The position numbers were made by a program, and so were the translations under genes. Of a DNA stretch of 64,000 nt, positions 1 through 9,060 are shown piece by piece; the stretch's first letter is position 1, and each line of letters begins with the position of its first letter. This stretch comes from a virus (Duplodnaviria; Heunggongvirae; Uroviricota; Caudoviricetes): IMG/VR virus record IMGVR_UViG_3300028920_001939. One strand, written 5' to 3'. The notes under the pieces were generated by a model. That model saw nothing but the letters and a program-made list of their open reading frames with translations. It had not been told where the DNA came from and did no database searches.

Positions 1-21
1 AGTATCGCACAAGGTAAACCA

Positions 22-3000
22 ATGACTTTTGGTCAAACATCAAAATCATTTTTAGTTGGTGCTACTTATTTTCCTTCAACACTTTGGACTGCTGCTTCTG
101 CTACACCACCTGCTGTTGAAAGTGGTGATTATTTAAAAGAATATCAATCTCAAATTTATCCAACTTTATATGGTGGTGGTTACAGATTATCAGAAGGCGC
201 AAGAGCATATCATAGAACAGGTAATATCTTGTCTTACGCAACTGAAGTTGCTACTACACCTGCTATGACAGATGTTGTTTATCCATTAGCGATAGGAGCC
301 GCCTTTCAATCTGCATCACCTTTATTATCAAAAGCTGGCGGAACGATTGCTAAAGGCGGAAGTAGATTAACTACAAAAGTTAGTTCTGTTATTACGAAGA
401 AACTTCCTACACTATCAGCGAAAATATCGAAAGCAGGTTTAAAAGGATCTCTTGGTAAAGTTGGTTCTGGCACGGGAAGATTACTTGGAAGAACTGTTGG
501 CACACCCTACGGCATAACAACAGCATTTATGGCACCAAGTGCCGCTGAGATGGGAATGACAACAGCACAATATCAAAAAGGTGAATTAGATAGAGGACAA
601 TGGATTCAATCATTACAACGAGGTGCACGAACAGGTTTTCAACTTGGAATGTTTAGTGCTGGAGCAACATATAAACCAAGTGGCACTTTATCGAGGGTTA
701 AAACTAATATTCAAAGTTTAAGAACTAAATATGGCAATATCATAAGTGATATGGAAAGAACTGGACAAACGACAAGATTTTTAAAACCCAAATCAGTCCA
801 AAGATTTGCTGATTGGGCAAGAGAAACTGATACTTCAAGAAATTTATTAATGAGTAGATTTGGTTCTCAAAATAGAATATATGGATTAAAAGCAAAAATT
901 GGAAGTTCTGCATTTGTAAAAGAAAGATCTTCTTTTGATGCTTTATCAAATTTTAGATCTTTTGGAAAAAGATTATCTCAAAGACTTCAACCTAGGTATA
1001 TAAAATCTATATCACCATATAAATATTTTAGAAGATATCTTGTAAAACAAAAAGGGTATAACTATATGGGTGGACAAGAGTATAGTTATCGTGGTGATGA
1101 TGTTTTTGGTTATATATCGCCAGAAGAAAGAATAGTTGCAGTAAGTAGATCTGTGCCGAGAACAAGAGTTGGTGCAAAACTTAAATTTATAAAAAGTAAA
1201 TTAAAGACAAAAATTCCTGGTGCAAAACAAGGATGGCCCACAAAATCAGAGGTTATGAGACATGAATTGACACATAGTTTATATCCTGAGTATTCTGAAG
1301 AAAGGATTTTAGATATAAATAAAATACTTACAGAGAATAAAGCAGGCATATACTCTGAAAGCAGAATACCAAGTTTTTCGCATGTAACAAAAAGAATAAA
1401 AAGTAATATATTAAATTCTAAATCTTTTAATAGAATGATAAAAACGAAAGGCAGAATATCAATAAGAATATCTGAATTAGAAAAAAGAATGCCTTATGCT
1501 GATGAATTTTTATCACAAAAAGCAATTGATTTGAAAGGAAAATTGATAACAGCTAAAACTAGAGTTTCTAAAATTCCAACAACATTAGAAGCAGGTTTAG
1601 AAAGAATTAAATCTGGTTATTATGGAGCAAGAGCTAGAGGTTTTGGTTATGATACATCAGGAAATGTAATGGATTTTTATGGACAACTTAAAGTTCCAGA
1701 TAAGTTAAAGATAGCACCATCAAAATTAAAATCTAGCTTTTATAAAACAAGATTTGAAGGATTTGGTGTTGATACATCAGGTGATGTTACTGGATTGTTT
1801 ATAAAAACAGGTCAAAAACTAAAAGGAAAGATATCTTCTATAAGAAGTCCCAGACAAACTATAAGTGATTGGTATATGAGAGTAAAAAGACCAGGTTCAA
1901 TGCAAATCAAAACAAGAATATCTGAACCATCTGTTGAAACAAGACTTAAAAATATATATCGTAATTTAGAGGGAAAAACAAAAACTATACCAGAAATGGA
2001 ATATGAAAAAATTATCTCTGGTGGTGGAAAGGAATTTGGCGCAACACCAATAAAAGATTACTATAAACCATATAGACAATCTGAACTTACAGAATTCGGA
2101 GTAAAAATTAGAGAAGGAGTACCAAAGTATGCAGAAGGGGGAAGATTGATAAAAGGTATGCCTAAATATGAACAAACAAGATTTGCAGGAAAGTTAGGAG
2201 AAGAAGGTTGGATATCTGTTGGTGGAGAACCTAGAAGAATAACTAAAAAATTAATGGGAAACATTTATTCATCAACTGATGATGCGATGAAAGCAATAGG
2301 TGCAAAACAAAAAGATGTAAAAGTAGCTGAAGAACTAAAAGATGCATTTGAAAGATATCAAAAAGCTAAGAAATCACCTAAAGGATATATTGAAGAAGAT
2401 GGATTAAAATATCACGCTGATGGAACAGTAACTGTTGTTGATACTGTGCCTAAAGTAAAAAAGCTAACACAAACAAAGCTTGAAAAATTTGGTTTTACAG
2501 AAAAAATTAAAGTTCCAGATAAACTTTTAAAACCAAAACCAAGAAAAGATATTATAACAGAACAAATTCCTCAACAATGGAAAGGTGTTTATGATGTACC
2601 ATATTCTCAATATCATCCTATAATCAAAAAATCTAACTTTTATCTTCCAATAATTCAAGTAAAACAAGATACAAGGCAATCATTAGCAAATTTACAAAGA
2701 CAAGAGTTAGTAAGAGATTTAGCAAAGGAACAAGAAAGAGCAAACATACAAGCACAATACCCTTTGATTAGAACTGATTACATGAGTGATACTGATACTA
2801 TTACAAGACAGCAACAAGCACAATTACAAGCACAAAAATTAGATACTGTTTTACAACAAGATTTACAACTCAAACTTGAACAAAAACAGAAATTTTTACC
2901 TCCAATATTACCTGATGATAAAGATGAAAAGAAATATTATTCACAATCAAAATATAAAAAAGGTTTAGGTTACAAAGAACGTTACTATAAAGTCCAATCA

Positions 3001-3045
3001 TTTGATTTAAGTAGAAAACCAAAATATTTGAGGATTGTAAAATGA
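22..3045 (+). CDS. Large Lys-rich protein (1007 aa), possibly tape-measure or internal virion protein; the reading frame is open back to nt 1, so it may start upstream of the window
   Basis: Long ORF. Gly/Ala-rich hydrophobic stretch near the N-terminus. Internal duplicated segment GFG(Y/V)DTSG(N/D)V...K(L/I)K. Q-rich coiled-coil C-terminus (QQQAQLQAQKL...). The next gene overlaps its stop as ATGA. Confidence 0.55.
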   Translation: MTFGQTSKSFLVGATYFPSTLWTAASATPPAVESGDYLKEYQSQIYPTLYGGGYRLSEGARAYHRTGNILSYATEVATTPAMTDVVYPLAIGAAFQSASPLLSKAGGTIAKGGSRLTTKVSSVITKKLPTLSAKISKAGLKGSLGKVGSGTGRLLGRTVGTPYGITTAFMAPSAAEMGMTTAQYQKGELDRGQWIQSLQRGARTGFQLGMFSAGATYKPSGTLSRVKTNIQSLRTKYGNIISDMERTGQTTRFLKPKSVQRFADWARETDTSRNLLMSRFGSQNRIYGLKAKIGSSAFVKERSSFDALSNFRSFGKRLSQRLQPRYIKSISPYKYFRRYLVKQKGYNYMGGQEYSYRGDDVFGYISPEERIVAVSRSVPRTRVGAKLKFIKSKLKTKIPGAKQGWPTKSEVMRHELTHSLYPEYSEERILDINKILTENKAGIYSESRIPSFSHVTKRIKSNILNSKSFNRMIKTKGRISIRISELEKRMPYADEFLSQKAIDLKGKLITAKTRVSKIPTTLEAGLERIKSGYYGARARGFGYDTSGNVMDFYGQLKVPDKLKIAPSKLKSSFYKTRFEGFGVDTSGDVTGLFIKTGQKLKGKISSIRSPRQTISDWYMRVKRPGSMQIKTRISEPSVETRLKNIYRNLEGKTKTIPEMEYEKIISGGGKEFGATPIKDYYKPYRQSELTEFGVKIREGVPKYAEGGRLIKGMPKYEQTRFAGKLGEEGWISVGGEPRRITKKLMGNIYSSTDDAMKAIGAKQKDVKVAEELKDAFERYQKAKKSPKGYIEEDGLKYHADGTVTVVDTVPKVKKLTQTKLEKFGFTEKIKVPDKLLKPKPRKDIITEQIPQQWKGVYDVPYSQYHPIIKKSNFYLPIIQVKQDTRQSLANLQRQELVRDLAKEQERANIQAQYPLIRTDYMSDTDTITRQQQAQLQAQKLDTVLQQDLQLKLEQKQKFLPPILPDDKDEKKYYSQSKYKKGLGYKERYYKVQSFDLSRKPKYLRIVK

Positions 3046-3230
3046 AAAAAATTATATTCTACTACATAACACTAACCTGGATCGCAATAGCCGTATTCAG
3101 CTTATTCCACAGCATACTGATGTTATCATTCGGCTCTGTAATGGGTGGCGTTTGTGCCACTATCGCATTCGGGTTTCTGTTGATATGTTATCAATTTACG
3201 AAAGAGGTGAAAGAATGGGATATATGTTAA
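3042..3230 (+). CDS. Small 2-TM membrane protein
   Basis: ATGA overlap with the upstream stop. Two hydrophobic helices (ITLTWIAIAVFSLF and VCATIAFGFLLICY). Confidence 0.4.
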   Translation: MKKIIFYYITLTWIAIAVFSLFHSILMLSFGSVMGGVCATIAFGFLLICYQFTKEVKEWDIC

Positions 3231-3412
3231 GAAGATATCAAAAAGATAAGATAGGAGAAATCAGGACGATGGACCCTAAACCCATATGGATTGGCACATC
3301 TGACAAAACGCCACATATCAAGAGAATGATGACTGCTGAAGAAGCAGAACGTTGGGTAAAAGAATCGCCAGATAGGCGAGTAATGATGAAATGCAAAAAA
3401 TATGAGTTGTGA
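3223..3412 (+). CDS. Hypothetical small protein (start trimmed to the ATG at 3223)
   Basis: The track ORF 3152-3412 overlaps the previous gene. The internal ATG at 3223 gives a 63-aa product that begins where the previous gene ends. Confidence 0.35.
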
Positions 3413-3415
3413 TAA

Positions 3416-3793
3416 ATGCCACTATCAATCTATGAATTGGGTTTAAGATTTCATTCCGGGAAGAAATCAGGACAATCAAGTAGAACCAGAATTATCAATA
3501 AACCCGAAAACACTTTGCTTGTAGATTACGATTGGGCTGTATTAGCCAAACGCCATAAAGATACAGGGCATATCACTTATTACAGCGGTTGGGATAGATA
3601 TAGTAGATCAACAAGTAGGCATATCACTCGAACAAACTTACGAGGTTCAAATTTTATTTCAGAAGCTCGACCGACGTTAGATTCGATAGATGATTTTATA
3701 ACAGATGATAGTGTGCAAACTTTTAGAAATACCTATGATGATGTGTTTATAGATCCATTTACTAAAAAATTAAAATTAAGAAGGCGAAAATAA
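3416..3793 (+). CDS. Hypothetical protein with C-terminal FIDPF-basic tail
   Basis: 125-aa ORF ending ...VFIDPFTKKLKLRRRK. The Arg codons form an AGGAG-like RBS for the next gene. Confidence 0.5.
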   Translation: MPLSIYELGLRFHSGKKSGQSSRTRIINKPENTLLVDYDWAVLAKRHKDTGHITYYSGWDRYSRSTSRHITRTNLRGSNFISEARPTLDSIDDFITDDSVQTFRNTYDDVFIDPFTKKLKLRRRK

Positions 3794-3987
3794 TGAAATT
3801 GTATGAAAACTATTGGGTTAAGAAAAAAGTAAGATTTGGTAAAAAAGAAATAGAAGATGATAATATGAGACCGAGAAGAGGTTATGGAAGAAAAGATGGA
3901 AGCAGAAGTGGTTGGAATAAAGGCGGACGAGGTCGAAACAGAACTGATGAATGCCGACACCCTGAAAAGAGAAGAAGGAGAAGATAA
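3793..3987 (+). CDS. Arg-rich small protein
   Basis: 64-aa ORF with the tail RHPEKRRRRR. Its last codons double as the SD (aggagaag) of the next gene. Confidence 0.3.
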   Translation: MKLYENYWVKKKVRFGKKEIEDDNMRPRRGYGRKDGSRSGWNKGGRGRNRTDECRHPEKRRRRR

Positions 3988-3988
3988 A

Positions 3989-4399
3989 ATGGGAGAAGAT
4001 ATAAATTGGGAATTAATTTCTGATAAGATAGATAGAAAAATGAAAAAGTCTGGATTACAAAGATATGTAGAAGAATTTGATTATTCTGGAGATATAGATA
4101 TTGATCAAAGAAGCGCTAGAACAGGACAACCTGTTAGTTTTAGTGCAGGAATTTATGGCAAGTTGAAAGGCGGAGTTAATTTCGTTGGTAGAGTTTTTGT
4201 TGATAATTATGGAAAGACAGTTGGTGTTCTTATGCAAAACGAAGAAACTGATGATGATTTTGATTTAGATGATAAGAATGCTTTAGATTTAGTTAAAAAA
4301 TGGACAGATAGAAAAAAGAATCAACAGAAGTATCAAACAGGTTCATTTAGTGCAACATTTATAGATCCATTTAAACCCATAAGAAAAAGAAGGAGATAA
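3989..4399 (+). CDS. Hypothetical acidic protein, paralogous C-terminus to 3416-3793
   Basis: ATG at 3989 preceded by aggagaag (track ORF starts at 3884). It ends ...ATFIDPFKPIRKRRR, the same FIDPF plus poly-basic tail as the 3416 gene. Confidence 0.45.
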   Translation: MGEDINWELISDKIDRKMKKSGLQRYVEEFDYSGDIDIDQRSARTGQPVSFSAGIYGKLKGGVNFVGRVFVDNYGKTVGVLMQNEETDDDFDLDDKNALDLVKKWTDRKKNQQKYQTGSFSATFIDPFKPIRKRRR

Positions 4400-4401
4400 A
4401 T

Positions 4402-4566
4402 ATGAAAAGGAGAAAATCATCAAAGAAAGTGAAGATTATACCTGTAGAAGTAATTGACCCGTTCTTAGAGGGATATTCAACAATTGATAAAGATGGTATT
4501 GAAACAGTATATGATATTCACGGAAATCCAATAAAAAAGTATAGTGGCGGTGTTGAAGTAAAATGA
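4402..4566 (+). CDS. Small protein, weak member of the KIIPV N-terminal family
   Basis: Not in the ORF track (54 aa). MKRRKSSKKVKIIPVEVIDPF...DKDG resembles the N-termini of the 30273, 31074 and 32629 genes. AGGAG RBS upstream. Confidence 0.35.
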   Translation: MKRRKSSKKVKIIPVEVIDPFLEGYSTIDKDGIETVYDIHGNPIKKYSGGVEVK

Positions 4567-4711
4567 CAAAAAACTTGACATATAAATATTTATATAAAAC
4601 ATTCAGACAAAGAAGAAAAAGATATCCAGAAAGCCAAAAAACAGAAAAGGTTTTTAAAAAATGGATTTGGGATAAACTTATGGATTTAAGAGATAATTAT
4701 TGGTGATGATA

Positions 4712-4909
4712 ATGCCCGTTGTATGGTATGTTGCAAGAGATAAAAAAACAGGAATTGATTTATTCAAAAAAGAACACAAATCTTGGGTTAAGCATGAATT
4801 GAAAAGAAGAGGTATAAAACAATCAACTGTTGATATTGTAAGAAAAACAATACCATACACATACGAAATTAAAAAATGGAATTGGCTTGGAGATAACTAT
4901 GACTATTGA
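4712..4909 (+). CDS. Hypothetical protein
   Basis: ORF 4700-4909; the ATG at 4712 (MPVVWYV...) is the likely start. Confidence 0.35.
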   Translation: MPVVWYVARDKKTGIDLFKKEHKSWVKHELKRRGIKQSTVDIVRKTIPYTYEIKKWNWLGDNYDY

Positions 4910-5267
4910 TAGATTAGGTATGAGAAAAGAATTCAATCAATGGAAAAAGAATCTTGCTGATAGAAATCTTGTATTAAAACAAGAAAGAAAGCAACTTGAG
5001 AAAGATAAATGGATTCCATTAGTTCAGGTTGGTGATATTAAATTGAAAAATAAAATAATGAAAACATTAAGACGAGGAGAATTCAAAGCACAAGAATTCA
5101 TTGAAACAACATCATCTGGTAATATGGGTTGTGTTATCAATATATTCGGAAAGCCAAGAGATGTGATGGATGCTAAAGAATGGTTAGATGATAAATATGA
5201 TTTGAATTTGAGAAATGCACCAGGATTACCTTGGATTGATGATTTCTTAAGCGAGAGTGATTATTGA
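4887..5267 (+). CDS. LG(L/M)xKEF-N-terminal family protein (dispersed member)
   Basis: N-terminus IDRLGMRKEFNQWKKNL matches the conserved N-terminal helix of the tandem array at 33018-35504. Confidence 0.5.
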   Translation: MEITMTIDRLGMRKEFNQWKKNLADRNLVLKQERKQLEKDKWIPLVQVGDIKLKNKIMKTLRRGEFKAQEFIETTSSGNMGCVINIFGKPRDVMDAKEWLDDKYDLNLRNAPGLPWIDDFLSESDY

Positions 5268-5510
5268 TGCCCTTTCGTAAGATAACAACTGGCAAGAATG
5301 CCGGCAAATATCGTTCTGATTCAGGACGAATTTATACCCTTAAACAAATGCGTTTGTATTACGCAACAAAGGGATTTAAGAAGAAACCGAGGCGAAAGAA
5401 ATGAAAGATAAATACAATAAAGGTGAAATGTATCTAAGATGGGATAAAGAAGATTTTGTATGGGCTTTCGGTAAACCATCTAAGAAAAAGTTAGAAGGGA
5501 GAAAAAAATA

Positions 5511-5615
5511 ATGGTAGAAAACATTTGGGGAGGCAGATGTATTTATTGTGGAAAGATACTTCCACCTGACCAATGCGTTTGCCAAAGATGTTATCATAAG
5601 AATCAGAGATGGTGA
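5511..5615 (+). CDS. Small zinc-ribbon protein
   Basis: Not in the track (34 aa). MVENIWGGRCIYCGKILPPDQCVCQRCYHK carries two CxxC pairs. Confidence 0.3.
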   Translation: MVENIWGGRCIYCGKILPPDQCVCQRCYHKNQRW

Positions 5616-5643
5616 ATTATGAAAAAGAAAACAAGACAAACTA

Positions 5644-5727
5644 CACTAGAAGAATTCGGTCTAGTGTTTGATTAGAGTTACTACATAATCGTGTGGTAAC
5701 ACACCTTGCCTATTGTTCACCTGGGGG
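5644..5727 (+). ncRNA. Cluster of three stable hairpins (possible structured RNA or terminator)
   Basis: Hairpin 1: acactaga / tctagtgt with loop agaattcgg. Hairpin 2: gtgtg GTAA cacac, a GNRA tetraloop. Hairpin 3: ggggga tct tccccc. A locally GC-rich island in an AT-rich genome. No tRNA cloverleaf could be built. Confidence 0.3.
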
Positions 5728-5765
5728 ATCTTCCCCCTCGTGAGCAATAATATGGAGTCGATAAG

Positions 5766-6017
5766 ATGAAAAAGAAAAATAAAATTTATCCAAATGCAAC
5801 TGTTACAGAAGTTAGAGAAAAATCTAAATGGATTAATACATCATTTGGTTTTAAAGTAAAAAAATATGAAAAAGGTAACTATGCTTACTTTATTGAAAAA
5901 GGTGAAGTTAATGCTATGTATCTTCCATCGAGGAAAAAGAAACTAAAGATAATGTGGTATTGGAGTCCAACAAGGGGAAAATGGGTTTCTCGTAATTGGA
6001 AAATGGGGGATAGATAA
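5766..6017 (+). CDS. Hypothetical protein
   Basis: 83-aa ORF on the + strand in the gene-dense block. Confidence 0.45.
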   Translation: MKKKNKIYPNATVTEVREKSKWINTSFGFKVKKYEKGNYAYFIEKGEVNAMYLPSRKKKLKIMWYWSPTRGKWVSRNWKMGDR

Positions 6018-6019
6018 AA

Positions 6020-6670
6020 ATGAAAATGCAAAAAAAGAAATTGGTATCTTCAATAAAAATAACGAATGATGAACCTATACCGGTTAAAGCAGTTCCTTTA
6101 GCGGGTAGAATATCTGAAAGAGGCGATGCACCAAGATGCTCAACTGAACAAGTAAAGCATTTTGTAGAGAATTGGGAAAAGATACTTCCACCACGAGTTA
6201 TCAGAAGTATCAAAAGGCATAATGATGTGTTGCACGGCGCTCGTTCTGTTAATATGATAGTTGGCAAGAAGTATTCACGACCAACTAAGGATTTTGATGT
6301 TTATTCTAAAGAACCACGAAAGCGTGCTCATCAGATAGAGAATGAGATTGATAGATGTATGGGTTGTGATATGGCTTATGTGCATTATCAAGCAATACCT
6401 AAATTGGATCCTATGGGAACTGATGATGAATTAACTGCTAAAGAATTGTTTATTGTTAAAACTGTGCCGCATCAAGATGGTGATGTGGATTATATGATGT
6501 TGCCACGTGGGTTGCCTACACATACAAGAAAAGGCATACGCCACGAAGATTTGAGAGAGGCATATCGTAAAGCGAAAAAGAATGTATATCATCCTTTGAG
6601 ATATTTCAAAGCAAGTGATGATATCAGAAGAATAGAAGCGTATTGGAGAAGTAGGGGGAAGAAAGTATGA
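6020..6670 (+). CDS. Putative minimal nucleotidyltransferase-fold protein
   Basis: LHGARSVNMIVGKKYSRPTKDFDVY fits the polymerase-beta-like NTase signature hG[GS]-x9-13-Dh[DE]h. A further acidic cluster (QDGDVDY) lies downstream. Called by eye only. Confidence 0.4.
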   Translation: MKMQKKKLVSSIKITNDEPIPVKAVPLAGRISERGDAPRCSTEQVKHFVENWEKILPPRVIRSIKRHNDVLHGARSVNMIVGKKYSRPTKDFDVYSKEPRKRAHQIENEIDRCMGCDMAYVHYQAIPKLDPMGTDDELTAKELFIVKTVPHQDGDVDYMMLPRGLPTHTRKGIRHEDLREAYRKAKKNVYHPLRYFKASDDIRRIEAYWRSRGKKV

Positions 6671-6845
6671 GTTACGACACAAGTAAGTTAATAGGTCCTA
6701 TAGTTGGAGCTGCTGGAGCCGCAATCGGCATTGGTATACTTGCTAAAACTGCACAGAATGTATCAAGAATGATGGATGACCATTACAAGAGAAAAGGAAA
6801 AAAGAAGAAAACGAAATTCCCTAATTACTGGGGTTATAAATAGAA

Positions 6846-7514
6846 ATGGCAAAAGATATACTGAAAGAATTAGGAATGGAAAAGGAATTCAACGAGTGGT
6901 TAGAACGTAAGAAACCTCAGCTTGGTTTACTTTATCCACCTGTTAAAATACTTAAAAGTAAATCACAAAGAGGAAGGATTTTTCATAAGATAGAAGAAGC
7001 ACACCCATTTTCTGCATCTTACGGTCCATTAAGAGCAATATCACCTGTTAGTGGAAATATTTATTTACATGAGTTACGTGCTGCTGGTTTGGTTGATAAG
7101 CCACGAAGAGGTGAATATAAAATAACAGAGAAAGGTTTAGATGTAGCGTATGAAATGAGAATGAATTTAGGAAGATGGATTAACCCTGATATGTTAGTTA
7201 AACCTGAACCAAAAAGTAAACCATATACAGATATGGATCCTAAAAAGATACAAAGGATTTATTCACCAACCAATATTATACAAGAAGATACTCAAAAAGC
7301 TGCTGTTTTGCGTATGTTGAAAGATTATGGGAAAGTGAGATTCTCTGAATTATCAAGAGTTGCTGATCCTGAAAATCTCGGGATTTACTTGAGAAGAATG
7401 GAAGCTGCAGGTATCGTTGATAGACCTGGACGTGGCATTTATCGTTTAACTGATAAAGGTAAAGAAGTTTATGATGAATTTGTAGAAACAGGTCAATGGG
7501 GCAGAAGGAGGTAA
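6846..7514 (+). CDS. DNA-binding protein: LGMEKEF N-terminal helix plus two winged-helix repeats
   Basis: N-terminus KELGMEKEFNEWLERKKP. Two repeats of ...(L/I)xxAG(L/I)VD(K/R)PxRGxY(K/R)(I/L)T(E/D)KG, typical wHTH recognition-helix and wing. Confidence 0.55.
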   Translation: MAKDILKELGMEKEFNEWLERKKPQLGLLYPPVKILKSKSQRGRIFHKIEEAHPFSASYGPLRAISPVSGNIYLHELRAAGLVDKPRRGEYKITEKGLDVAYEMRMNLGRWINPDMLVKPEPKSKPYTDMDPKKIQRIYSPTNIIQEDTQKAAVLRMLKDYGKVRFSELSRVADPENLGIYLRRMEAAGIVDRPGRGIYRLTDKGKEVYDEFVETGQWGRRR

Positions 7515-7866
7515 AATATGAAAAAAGGTAAAAATAAAAACAAAAGAAGATTCTTAATGTTAAACGACGCATCAATCGGTTTGTATAAACTGAAAACAGA
7601 TGCTAAAAGATTATATAAAAAGTATAAAAAGAAATGAGGTGATTAGATAGATTTTATTCCGCCGTTTAGGTTTGTCGCTAGTTTAATAGTATTCGGCTTA
7701 CTTATGTATGTTTATGGACCTATAGTAACGTGGCTTAACGAACAATATCCTACTTCAGGAGATTTTGCTACAGTTATGTTTTTCTTCTGGGGTGCTATGG
7801 CTGGGATATTTCTGTTCGCTTCTGGAATTAATTTGATAATGCAAATTCAAAGAAAAGGTTATTGAA

Positions 7867-9060
7867 ATGGAATATATAAAGAAGAAACATATCGATAGGA
7901 GAGCAACAAAACCCTTCTCGGGTAAATATAGTATTATAGATTTATCAAGAATGTTGACATACCCACGTCCCGCTGGATCTAAGATGGAAGAGAAATACAT
8001 ACACAAATTTATAGATACTGTGCCAGGTATGCAAAAGGACAAGTTTGGTAACAGATTTATCAAGATAGGCAAACAACCAACTACAATCTTCGCTTCTCAT
8101 ACTGATACTGTGCATAGTGATGATAAAAAACGAACACAGATTGATATCTTGAGAAACTCTGTTTACGATCCTAAAACAAAAACTGTTAAGTATAAAAAAC
8201 CTAAACCACTTAGAAATATTGTAATACAAGGTAAATGGGCTAAAGGCACGGGAGAAGATATTTTAGGTGCTGACGATACTACTGGTAACTGGCTTATGTT
8301 GAATCTTATACACGAAAAGAAACCAGGATTATATATATTTCATAGAGCAGAAGAAACCGGTCGTGAAGGTAGTGAATGGATTGCTAAAAATAGACCTAAA
8401 ATATTGAAGGGTATGAAAAGAGTAATATCATTTGATAGAAAAGGTTACGAAGATATTATCACACATCAAATGGGTTACAGAACCGCATCTGATAAATTCG
8501 CTAAAGAGTTAGCAAGAAGATTGGGAAGTGGTTACAAACCTGACCCAACTGGTTCTTTTACTGATTCAATGAGTTACGCTGAAAAAGTTCCAGAGTGCAC
8601 GAATATATCAATTGGTTATAAAAGAGCGCACTCAACTTCAGAAAAACAAAATTTGAGATTTGCTAGACATCTCTATACAAAATTAAGAGATATCGATTTT
8701 GAAACTTTGCCTGTTGTAAGAAAGCCAGAAAAGAGAGAAACGAATATAAGTTGGATAAATACAAGTCGTCCTTACACTTACGGCGAAGATTATTACAACT
8801 ATTGGTCTGGACGAGATTATGCAAGTAATATTTACAATGATTATGAATCGAACTATTATAAGAGATTAGAAAAAGCAAGAACAAGAGTTAGAGAGTATGA
8901 AAAAGAAGCCAAAAGAAATACAAAACAAGATGAAGAAAGAGTAATAAAAAAGTTATTTGGTGAAGAAGATAATGTAGTTGAGTTTGAAGATAATGAAGCA
9001 TATAAAAATTATATTTACAGAAGTTTGAAGAAGAAAAAGAAGGAAGGTGTTATTGAGTGA
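7867..9060 (+). CDS. M42/M20-family co-catalytic metallopeptidase-like protein (aminopeptidase)
   Basis: Ordered motifs ASHTDTV (H-x-D), LGADDTTGN (bridging D), RAEETGREG (EE-x-G), ISFDRKG (D) and KRAHSTSE (AHS) match the M42 active-site ligands. The frame is open upstream to an ATG at 7705, which would add a 2-TM N-terminal anchor. The C-terminus is low-complexity K/E-rich. Confidence 0.6.
   Translation: MEYIKKKHIDRRATKPFSGKYSIIDLSRMLTYPRPAGSKMEEKYIHKFIDTVPGMQKDKFGNRFIKIGKQPTTIFASHTDTVHSDDKKRTQIDILRNSVYDPKTKTVKYKKPKPLRNIVIQGKWAKGTGEDILGADDTTGNWLMLNLIHEKKPGLYIFHRAEETGREGSEWIAKNRPKILKGMKRVISFDRKGYEDIITHQMGYRTASDKFAKELARRLGSGYKPDPTGSFTDSMSYAEKVPECTNISIGYKRAHSTSEKQNLRFARHLYTKLRDIDFETLPVVRKPEKRETNISWINTSRPYTYGEDYYNYWSGRDYASNIYNDYESNYYKRLEKARTRVREYEKEAKRNTKQDEERVIKKLFGEEDNVVEFEDNEAYKNYIYRSLKKKKKEGVIE

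Noticed and set aside
3152-3412. Track start for ORF 3152-3412, and similarly 3884, 45954, 56652, 57789 and 31999
   Set aside because: These upstream starts overlap the preceding gene by 50-100 nt or are non-ATG. Internal ATGs with SD-like context (3223, 3989, 45984, 56727, 57822, 32032) give non-overlapping genes, and I used those.
5640-5765. tRNA gene in the GC-rich hairpin region
   Set aside because: No 7-bp acceptor stem or T-arm (GTTCRAnYC-like) could be built. The three hairpins have 3-9-nt loops inconsistent with a cloverleaf. No other tRNA-like GC-rich islands were seen.
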